From a virus (Duplodnaviria; Caudoviricetes), in IMG/VR virus record IMGVR_UViG_3300020042_001705, positions 1 through 30,855 of that record: a stretch of DNA of 30,855 nucleotides. The stretch is one strand, 5' to 3'. Made by a program: the position numbers and the translations under genes. This document shows, one piece after another, positions 23,387-30,855 of the stretch. Below the pieces are notes generated by a model. The model did no database searches. It saw nothing but the letters and a program-made list of their open reading frames with translations, and was not told where the DNA came from. The stretch's first letter is position 1, and each line of letters opens with the position of its first letter.

Positions 23387-25693
23387 TTACCTCGCAAGTG
23401 CGTTCTTAAATGGGTTTTCTGCCATCGCCATAAATATATACGTATTACCAGAGTTATTTAGACCAGTGCCAGTGCCTTGTCGTTGTTTGAAACCATTAGA
23501 CAAAATATCAAATTGACCAAGACCAGCATTGCTTGCTTCGGCGGTAGCAGTGTTTGCTGTTAGTTTGTTGACCGTAACGTTGTAGGTGTCTCGCGACGTG
23601 TCAGTCATAAACCAATCAGCGGCGCTTGTGATGTTCTTAACCATAACAAACCTCGGCCTAAACCCGCAGAACACAAACGGCCCATCCGCGCTGCCGTTGC
23701 CGGTGTAGCTGCCGAAGCGGGAAAAGCCTGCGACTTCGGAGAATAGGTAGGCGATGTAGGTGGAGCCACTTGCGTTGACCGCACTATCGGTTCCAACGCT
23801 AAAGACAGAAGATGTTGGCGCAGTATTGTTCCAGTAGGTTGCAACAGCTCCTTGCGCGTTTGTATTGTTAAGAATAAGCGCGTTGGCGGCACCGATGGAT
23901 GCGTGATATACAGGCCACGAATCTATTGCGCTTCTACGCTTCAATATCATCATTGCTGGAGCAACGCCAAGGTTGTGCGCGATGGTCGTATTACTTCCCG
24001 TCCCCGTATACGTCACAATATCGAAGCCCTGCGTTGCGCCTTCTTTCCATTGCCAGCCGACGATAGTGGTTCCGTTTGAATTAACGCCGAGTCCTGTTCC
24101 GGTTACTTGGAATCCATTTGACTGTAAAACTAATGTTGAGTCACCAGCCTGTGATTCAGCCCCGGTAGTGCTAGAACGCAAAGCATTTGTTGCCCCGCGA
24201 ACAACGTCATACAAGTAGTGGTTGTAGGCTGTATTTCGTGCTTTAACCCAAACCAGATCGGGCTGCATCGCCCCGCTATTTATGATGCTTTGTGTTGTAT
24301 CTGTTCCGGTATACAACGTCGCATCAAAATACTGATTGCCCTTCAGGATCGTCGGCGTCGGCAGGTTCAGCGTGTTCAGTGCTTTGAAGCCGGACGGTGG
24401 TGTGTAGGCGAAGGGGCGCTGGCCGAAGTTGGCAGTATATACAGATGAATTACCTGCGGCAGACAATGCAAGGGCGTATGAACCAGCGGTTAACCCTGTA
24501 ATTGTTCCTTGTGAGGTATTGTTTTTGTAAAAAGTAATTTGTAAATTATCTAAGTCTAGCGCAACACCAATAACATCGTTATTCGTATAAGAAGCACCAT
24601 AAGCAGATGCAGTGCCGTTTACATATTTATTACCATTAGCTCCATAATAGGAAATGCCAGTAGTTGCCCAATGTTTCGTTGCCCCACCAATACCAATACC
24701 AACCATTGAAAATGTCATTGTGGTAGGCACTACTTCCCAATACCACTTGCCTGAAGAAACGTAAATAGTTCCCCTGACTTCAGCGTTATCGCCAACAGTA
24801 GCCCCCAAATTTCCATCTACAACAGTAGGACTTAAAAGTTTATCCAACGGATTCAACGTCGCATAATTCCCCCGCCCATTGCCACCATCAGCCCACTGCG
24901 TCGGCACATCCAGCATCGAGTCATACGTCGCACCAGCAGTCACGCTGATATTGTTCGGTGTCCAGTTGTTGCCGTTGCCTGAGTTGTCCTTGCCGATAGC
25001 CGCAGCAGTCGCAGCAGACGGGTCGCTGAAGTTCAGGTAAAAGCCGTTCGTGCCGTAGGTGCCTGCGTACTTCTTCGGCTGCCATACGCCGGTGGTGGTG
25101 TTGGTTTCACCGAATGACGAAGGTGTCAGGGCTTGACCGTCGATGAAGTTGATCTCGGTGAGGTAGCCGTCAAAATACACTCCAGCATAATCCAGTTTGC
25201 CGGTGTAATGAGCAATTGCAGAATTAATTTTGCTTGCTGTATTCTGAGCAAACGGGCCTGTTGAATACGTTACCGATTGACGAACATTATTAACATAGAT
25301 TTGAACTCTGTCAGTAGAAGTGGCGTTTGCCGAATCGTAAATAATAACGAGGTGGTACCAAGCCGAAGGGTCACGGAATACGGCTGAAGTAACCATTTGC
25401 ACGTTATATACGCCACCATTAATTTGGGCAAACTGTATCGTGTCGCTAGTAGTAAATTGCACTGAGCCGAAGTTATTACTACTTCCATCACCCGCGCCAA
25501 AAGGAACATTGGTAACTGAAAGCGTCCCACGTTTAATCCATGCACTCCAAGTCCATTTAAGGTTATTTGTAGGAGTTGTTAGTGTCCGATTGAAATACGC
25601 ACTCGCGCTCGACCGCAGCCGCACAGAACGGCTGATCTGGTAGCCCTGAGAACCAGAAGCACCTATAAGCGCATTATCGTGAAACCCACTCAT
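23387..25693 (-). CDS. Large lectin-like virion protein: concanavalin A/LamG domain, SPRY domain and two related C-terminal repeats
   Basis: WTWSAWIKR..FRDPSAWYHLV..FDGYLTEINFIDG (LamG); GKWYWEV..DVIGVALDLD..FYKN..NFGQ (SPRY); YTGT..PDLVWVKAR and YTGNG..FRPRFVMVK repeats. Confidence 0.8.
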   Translation of the reverse strand: MSGFHDNALIGASGSQGYQISRSVRLRSSASAYFNRTLTTPTNNLKWTWSAWIKRGTLSVTNVPFGAGDGSSNNFGSVQFTTSDTIQFAQINGGVYNVQMVTSAVFRDPSAWYHLVIIYDSANATSTDRVQIYVNNVRQSVTYSTGPFAQNTASKINSAIAHYTGKLDYAGVYFDGYLTEINFIDGQALTPSSFGETNTTTGVWQPKKYAGTYGTNGFYLNFSDPSAATAAAIGKDNSGNGNNWTPNNISVTAGATYDSMLDVPTQWADGGNGRGNYATLNPLDKLLSPTVVDGNLGATVGDNAEVRGTIYVSSGKWYWEVVPTTMTFSMVGIGIGGATKHWATTGISYYGANGNKYVNGTASAYGASYTNNDVIGVALDLDNLQITFYKNNTSQGTITGLTAGSYALALSAAGNSSVYTANFGQRPFAYTPPSGFKALNTLNLPTPTILKGNQYFDATLYTGTDTTQSIINSGAMQPDLVWVKARNTAYNHYLYDVVRGATNALRSSTTGAESQAGDSTLVLQSNGFQVTGTGLGVNSNGTTIVGWQWKEGATQGFDIVTYTGTGSNTTIAHNLGVAPAMMILKRRSAIDSWPVYHASIGAANALILNNTNAQGAVATYWNNTAPTSSVFSVGTDSAVNASGSTYIAYLFSEVAGFSRFGSYTGNGSADGPFVFCGFRPRFVMVKNITSAADWFMTDTSRDTYNVTVNKLTANTATAEASNAGLGQFDILSNGFKQRQGTGTGLNNSGNTYIFMAMAENPFKNALAR

Positions 25694-26097
25694 GAGTAAT
25701 TAGCAGTCAATACTGCGTGAATAGACGTTGATGTGCGGACAATATAATCAAGACGATCAACCGCATTAGCCGTTGTAGTTAGAGTCGGGGCAGTTCCATT
25801 AGCAAAGTCCCATTGGGAGCCGTAAGCCAATGTTCTTGATCCGGTTGCATCTTGAGTAATGAAGATAGATCCACTCTGTCCAACTGTCATTGCAGACGGA
25901 TTAGCTAAGGTTCGGTTGCCGCCCAACGTCACTGAAAAATTAGCTGATGCAGTCAAATCAGGCGTAATCGTTGCACCATCAGTTAATGCAGTAATTGTCG
26001 GGGCAAGAACACCATCAATCGTATCTGCTGTGGCTGATTCCCCTAACGAAGTAACATCGCTGCCGGTATATATGGACTTAACTAAACGGATTCCCAT
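25690..26097 (-). CDS. Small fibre-associated structural protein
   Basis: LTDGATITPD..NFSVTLGGNRTLANP..GQSGSIFITQDATGSRTL..APTLTT.ANAVD pattern. Confidence 0.7.
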   Translation of the reverse strand: MGIRLVKSIYTGSDVTSLGESATADTIDGVLAPTITALTDGATITPDLTASANFSVTLGGNRTLANPSAMTVGQSGSIFITQDATGSRTLAYGSQWDFANGTAPTLTTTANAVDRLDYIVRTSTSIHAVLTANYS

Positions 26098-26104
26098 GCG
26101 TCAC

Positions 26105-28126
26105 CTATGTTGTCAATGCAATGTTTTTAGCTGTTCCAGCATAATTAAAAAACGGCAAATACTGATTACTTATTAGAGCAATCGTATCTAATGTTCCAGC
26201 AGCTTTATAGAATGGGAAACTAATGCTTATATTACTTTGCGCTGCCCATTTAACGCCAGAGGCCTGTGCGGAGTCGGCTGTCAGTACGTAGCTGTTGGTG
26301 CCAACAGCTAGGCGGACATTATCCGACCCGTCATTGACAATCAAATCACCTTTGGTCGTCGTTGGTGCCAGTGCATCAAACGCTGCAGTCTGTGTTGTTT
26401 GGCCCGTACCACCGTTGGCGATCGGCAACGTGCCTGTTACCTGCGTAGTTAAACTAACACCCGACAATGTGCCGCCCAGAGTCAAACTGCCGCTGGATGT
26501 GACCGTGCCCGACAAGCTAATGCCATTGACCGTACCGGTGCCAGAAACACTTGTGACCGTACCGACGTATTGATCGTTCGATGTAACTGTAAAGTTAGGG
26601 TACGTGCCAGTAACACTGGTCGTACCTGCACCAGTCAACGCGACTGTCTGATCCGGCGCTGCGTTGGTGATCGTAATCGACCCAGCACCCTCAGTGATCG
26701 TGATGCCCGTACCATCAGTCAGGTTGGCGTTCTTCCACACACCCGCTGTGGCGTCATAGATGATGGTGTTACCTGAAGTCACCGTGGCAAATTGCACGTC
26801 GCCATCCATACCACCAAACAGTGAGCCGTAACTAGGGCGCACGAACAGTATGCCGTTAGCAACGCCCACGTACACAACAGCAGCCACTTTAGCGATGGCA
26901 GCAGGCGTCGTAGGCTTGGTCTTGGTCAGGCCGCCGGTTACCAGTGGGTTGTAATACAGCTCGTCGCCCTGCACCCAGGTTTCCGCGCCGCCCGTGGTGT
27001 TGATGTTTTTTACTTCACCAAACACGTAGACCGTAATCCAGTCGTTATTGGCGCCCGTCTCGCCAGCAACGCCCAAGATATAGTCTGCTTGAGTGGCAGT
27101 TAAGCCGGTAGCTGCAGCACCAATCAAGCCGCCTGAGGCGCCCACGGCGCCCGCAAACATAACGACTTGGCCTTTGGTAATTGCGCCCGAACATTTAACC
27201 CGGTAGAACTGATTTTCGCCTACATGCTGAATGACAGAGCCATTCATTTGGAAAGCTAGGGTTTGAAACTGATCCGCAGGGTCGTAATACAGCCTACCGG
27301 TAGTGTCTGTGACTGTAGCGGCCGTATCAAACTGAATGAAATCCGGCGACGAGATGCCGCCAGTGATGCCAGTCATTGCCGTAATGTTGTTGTTAACGCC
27401 TGCGGTCGCCCAACTCTGGTCAATCTTTTGCCAGACAGTGCCGTTAAATATGACCCAGTCGCCGGGCTGCCAATCGGTAATGCCGTTCAGATTGGTCGTG
27501 CCTGCCACCGATACGATGTAATAGTCGCCGTTGGTGCCCACACTTGAGGTCAGTGTCGGGGTGTTGGTAGAGGCGTTCCATGTACCTTTATAGTTCAGGC
27601 CGCTTGTGCCACCGCCACTATTGCCGCCGTAGGTCAGTACACGAATTTTCTCAGCCACATCGGCTGCCACCACCTCACCGACGTTGATTTCACGCCCATT
27701 CGACAGGCTGATAATCAACGAACCATCAAAGTCGATCCTAGCGTCCGTGACAGATACGCCATCAACGCCATCCACCCCGTTGACACCGTCGCGGCCAGCC
27801 GGACCAGCAGGGCCTTGAGCACCGTCACGGCCTGGACGGCCGTCCAAACCATCGCGTCCGTCCGATCCGTTGGCACCATCCCGCCCATCACGGATCGAAT
27901 TGACCCGTGTGGTGATCTTATTGCCTAAATCGTCGTACTTAGCCCGTATATCGGACTCAATCTTCTTCAGCGCGTCCACTACCAGACCCACATTCTCGCT
28001 GACACGCTGTTTTTGCTTGCCGCGAGCCTCTTGCAGGGTGGCGCGAACCGACTCCAGCACAGCTTTTTGCTGTTCTGGCGTCATATTTTGCAGAATTAAC
28101 TGCTTAGCGAGGCTTTCAACGTCCAC
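26105..28126 (-). CDS. Modular fibre protein with collagen-like segment
   Basis: Coiled coil, 15 Gly-X-Y triplets, YKGTWNASTNTP module, GTVTSV / LPIANGGTG / TTKGDLIV fibre motifs; overlaps the portal stop. Confidence 0.8.
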   Translation of the reverse strand: MDVESLAKQLILQNMTPEQQKAVLESVRATLQEARGKQKQRVSENVGLVVDALKKIESDIRAKYDDLGNKITTRVNSIRDGRDGANGSDGRDGLDGRPGRDGAQGPAGPAGRDGVNGVDGVDGVSVTDARIDFDGSLIISLSNGREINVGEVVAADVAEKIRVLTYGGNSGGGTSGLNYKGTWNASTNTPTLTSSVGTNGDYYIVSVAGTTNLNGITDWQPGDWVIFNGTVWQKIDQSWATAGVNNNITAMTGITGGISSPDFIQFDTAATVTDTTGRLYYDPADQFQTLAFQMNGSVIQHVGENQFYRVKCSGAITKGQVVMFAGAVGASGGLIGAAATGLTATQADYILGVAGETGANNDWITVYVFGEVKNINTTGGAETWVQGDELYYNPLVTGGLTKTKPTTPAAIAKVAAVVYVGVANGILFVRPSYGSLFGGMDGDVQFATVTSGNTIIYDATAGVWKNANLTDGTGITITEGAGSITITNAAPDQTVALTGAGTTSVTGTYPNFTVTSNDQYVGTVTSVSGTGTVNGISLSGTVTSSGSLTLGGTLSGVSLTTQVTGTLPIANGGTGQTTQTAAFDALAPTTTKGDLIVNDGSDNVRLAVGTNSYVLTADSAQASGVKWAAQSNISISFPFYKAAGTLDTIALISNQYLPFFNYAGTAKNIALTT
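27752..27886 (-). repeat. Collagen-like (Gly-X-Y)15 coding repeat
   Basis: GRDGANGSDGRDGLDGRPGRDGAQGPAGPAGRDGVNGVDGVDGVS. Confidence 0.9.
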
Positions 28127-30164
28127 CTGAGAGCTCCTTGGTCAATTCATCCAAGAAATCCTCTTCCATTCCGCTAATTTTGTTCTTCTTTTCCGCCATC
28201 TGCATCTCGACGATCTTCGATTTGTTCTTGATGTCGGCTTCTTTGAGCATCAGCTCCGCAATCTTCACCCGTTTGTCGAATTCACGGGAGGCCAGCGCAT
28301 CATTATCTGGCAAATTCTGCGTGTTGGCCGCCATGATCTTGCTCTGCACCTCAATCGGCTTCAACTTCGTCTCGATCGTGGTGTTGATGGCCTCTGCCCG
28401 GTTGCGTTCAGCCTGCGTGGTGTTGACCGCGATCTGCGACTGAGCCGCTTGCATGGCCAGCTGCTGTTGCATCTGCTGCTGTGCCTGCGCTTCAGGGTTG
28501 GGTTGCGCCATCTGCGTCAGCGACTCCATCAACTCCATGCGGTTAGACAGCGAGCTGTTGGCAACGATCCCTTTTAGAATCAACGGCAGCACCGGTGTGT
28601 CAGGTCCCAGCGTCTGCAAGAGCGCGATGAACTGCGCCTGCTCGTACTCGCGGGCGATAATGCCCAATGTGGCTGTCGGCACGAAGTTCAAGTCCACCGA
28701 CGGATAACGCTCGGGGTCAAACTGCATGTATCTAAATGCCGCTTTTTTGATGAACGGAATCAGGAAGTCTTCCTGAAAGTTCACCAGCGTGCGCTTGTAC
28801 TTCTTGATGATGGTCGCCACCGCCATCGACATGCCAGCACCACCGCCATCGCGGGCTACTTGGCTGACCATCCCTTGGCTATCCAAGGTGCCGGTTGCTT
28901 GCAGGAGCATGCGCTCGAACGCTTGCGCGGTGGTCAGGCTGTTGCCGTCGGTCTGACCGAACTTGAACGGATACAGGATTTCGGATGGGTTGCCGTTGGT
29001 CATGAACGCCTTGCCCGGCCGCACCTCAAACTTGGCACCCCGTGGCAGACGTGTGGCGTCCATCGCTACCATCGGCACGGCTGTCAACGCCAGCGAATCC
29101 AAGTGCGTCCTGACTTGGGCATCGATCGCCTTTTGCATGTTGTACGCTTTTTCCACCGTGCCACGGCCTGGCAGCCGGTTGGGCACCGTGTCGTCCTGAT
29201 AGGTCAGTACCGGACGATCCTTCATCATGTACGGGTTCGCCTCGGCCTTCAGTAGCATGCCGTCGTTACCAATCACGATGATCGCTTCGACCATGTCGGC
29301 GTAGTCTTCGGCCGCCGAATCTTCAGGGAAGAGCTCGACCATTTTCTCGTTCTCTTCGTTGAGCTTTTCCAGATACTCCTTGGGCACCAGACCATAGTAA
29401 GTCAGCAGCTTGACCTTCTCGTTCTGGTACTGGCTGACCTCTTGCGTGGGTTCCAAGTCGGTGTCGTCGTAGGTCGGCACGATGTTGACCTTGCGGTAGA
29501 CACCCTTCTCGATGTTAGCCACCACCTTGTGGATGGACACATACTTCTCGATTGCCACGCCCATACAGTCATCCACGGAAGTTCCGTTCGGATCCCACAG
29601 GAAGTTTTTCGGGTTCACTGGTATGGGCTTGACCGAGACGCGGTCTGTTTCCTGCACCCCGATGGCCGCTTGGCCAGTCATGCCGGGAATCGGCTGGGTT
29701 GCCGGGATGTATTCCTTCTCCATTGTGACCGTGATCTCGGCAATACCCGTGCCGTAAATCTCAGCCAAGAGCTCGATCTGATCGACGTACTTCCTGAACT
29801 TGTCTTTCTTCAGATCCTCCATCATCTGGAGTTTCAACATCTCCACGTCGATGGGGCTGCCGTTGATGTCCTTGACGTCGTCCTTGATGTCGAAGTATTC
29901 ACCTGAGCCAAAGATGGCTTCCATGATCTCAGCGTGTCGGGTTTCGACCGCCTGCTGGGTCATAGGGGTCACGATGCGGGAGCGTTCAGAATCGCGGGTC
30001 TTGTCTTCTACCGCCCACTCGCCACGGAAGATGCGTTCGTATTCTTCCCAGTAGGGCAGAAAGTTGACGTTGCGGTAGTCGCGCCAGCGGTCGCAGTGGT
30101 CTACAACGAAAGCGATAAGTTCTTTATCGTTCTCGGTTGGCTGGTCAAAATCGTTTTGGTCCAT
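28116..30164 (-). CDS. Portal protein (P22-like, with C-terminal Gln-rich barrel helix)
   Basis: 682 aa directly after the terminase; AEIYGTGI, NFLWDP, GRGTVEKAYNMQK and a long Q/A-rich C-terminal helix. Confidence 0.88.
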   Translation of the reverse strand: MDQNDFDQPTENDKELIAFVVDHCDRWRDYRNVNFLPYWEEYERIFRGEWAVEDKTRDSERSRIVTPMTQQAVETRHAEIMEAIFGSGEYFDIKDDVKDINGSPIDVEMLKLQMMEDLKKDKFRKYVDQIELLAEIYGTGIAEITVTMEKEYIPATQPIPGMTGQAAIGVQETDRVSVKPIPVNPKNFLWDPNGTSVDDCMGVAIEKYVSIHKVVANIEKGVYRKVNIVPTYDDTDLEPTQEVSQYQNEKVKLLTYYGLVPKEYLEKLNEENEKMVELFPEDSAAEDYADMVEAIIVIGNDGMLLKAEANPYMMKDRPVLTYQDDTVPNRLPGRGTVEKAYNMQKAIDAQVRTHLDSLALTAVPMVAMDATRLPRGAKFEVRPGKAFMTNGNPSEILYPFKFGQTDGNSLTTAQAFERMLLQATGTLDSQGMVSQVARDGGGAGMSMAVATIIKKYKRTLVNFQEDFLIPFIKKAAFRYMQFDPERYPSVDLNFVPTATLGIIAREYEQAQFIALLQTLGPDTPVLPLILKGIVANSSLSNRMELMESLTQMAQPNPEAQAQQQMQQQLAMQAAQSQIAVNTTQAERNRAEAINTTIETKLKPIEVQSKIMAANTQNLPDNDALASREFDKRVKIAELMLKEADIKNKSKIVEMQMAEKKNKISGMEEDFLDELTKELSGGR

Positions 30165-30165
30165 C

Positions 30166-30855
30166 CTACACCCCAGAAATTACGTCTATCGGCTCCCAAT
30201 CATCGTCGGCGTCGCCTTCGAAGTAGGAAGTCACCGCCAGCTGGTCAATGTAAGAGAGCGCGTCGGGTAGGTCATCGTGGACGCCTTGCGCCGGAAACAT
30301 CAACAGCTGGTCAAGAAAGGTCTCAAAGTCGCTCTCTTGGTTCAACACGATCCTGCCGTGCTCAAACCGACCCTGGAGGCTCCAGATGATCCGGTCAGCC
30401 TTTTTCCGGTTGCCATGCGTTAAATCTACTATGTGCGAATATACATTATTTTTGCGCATTAAATCGCTCAAATACGGCAAAACCGCGTTTTTTAGCGCAC
30501 CTCGCTCAATCCCGACTGACAGCGGCCGGTAGTCGCGCATAGCCATCAGAATCTTCGCAGCCGTCTCGCGGATGTCCCAGCGCCCATGATGGATGTCTTT
30601 GATGAACCACTTGCCGTCATCCGTCACCTTGACGATCGCGATCGCCGTCTCGTCTAAGCGCTTCTTCGAGTTCGCCGCCTGCTTGGCCACTTCCTCGAAT
30701 CCGGCCAAGTCCACGGCCACGAAGTAGCTGCCGTACTCGGGCTCCTCGCCGTACTTGACCCAGTCTTCTTTGAAGATGTCCGAGCCCGCGTTGTCAAAAC
30801 TGGCCATGTACTCTTGCTTAAACGCAAAGGTCGATAGTGTCTTTTTCGCCGACTC
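30166..30855 (-). CDS. terL: Terminase large subunit, C-terminal nuclease domain (5'-partial)
   Basis: Frame open to the window edge (..FKQEYMASF); AVDLA, GIE, K.DRI, FP..HDDLPDALSY RNase H-like motifs. Confidence 0.92.
   Translation of the reverse strand, partial: ESAKKTLSTFAFKQEYMASFDNAGSDIFKEDWVKYGEEPEYGSYFVAVDLAGFEEVAKQAANSKKRLDETAIAIVKVTDDGKWFIKDIHHGRWDIRETAAKILMAMRDYRPLSVGIERGALKNAVLPYLSDLMRKNNVYSHIVDLTHGNRKKADRIIWSLQGRFEHGRIVLNQESDFETFLDQLLMFPAQGVHDDLPDALSYIDQLAVTSYFEGDADDDWEPIDVISGV

Noticed and set aside
10671-30389. Numerous plus-strand ORFs of 60-197 aa opposite the late genes
   Set aside because: Antisense shadows of GC-biased coding sequence; they overlap confident minus-strand genes and show no motifs.

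Overview
A ~31 kb fragment of a tailed dsDNA phage with podovirus (P22-like) virion architecture; the host is probably a betaproteobacterium (inferred, not shown). There are three blocks. (1) A leftward replication arm: Cas4-like DUF2800 nuclease, putative SSB, a structured intergenic RNA region, C5 cytosine methyltransferase, family A DNA polymerase and a primase cut off at the contig end. (2) A rightward arm from a shared divergent promoter: VRR-NUC nuclease, SNF2 helicase and about eight small coupled genes. (3) A leftward late operon: terminase (partial), portal, a fibre/lectin module, scaffold, major capsid, small basic proteins, tail adaptor/hub/needle, a cupin, three ejection proteins, holin and GH108 endolysin. 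The most unusual locus is 2405-4011. There the methyltransferase has about five tandem TL-motif modules, three joined at AQPI junctions, plus a fully nested +1-frame ORF resembling the M.EcoHK31I beta subunit, and it is preceded by two structured RNA elements. Also notable: sharp GC-rich/AT-rich codon mosaicism in the receptor-binding and ejection genes, and an inverted ~89%-identical polA copy at 1-170 that is most likely a chimera. I saw no integrase, CI-type repressor, tRNA, CRISPR array or reverse transcriptase. All family calls come from motif recognition, not database searches.
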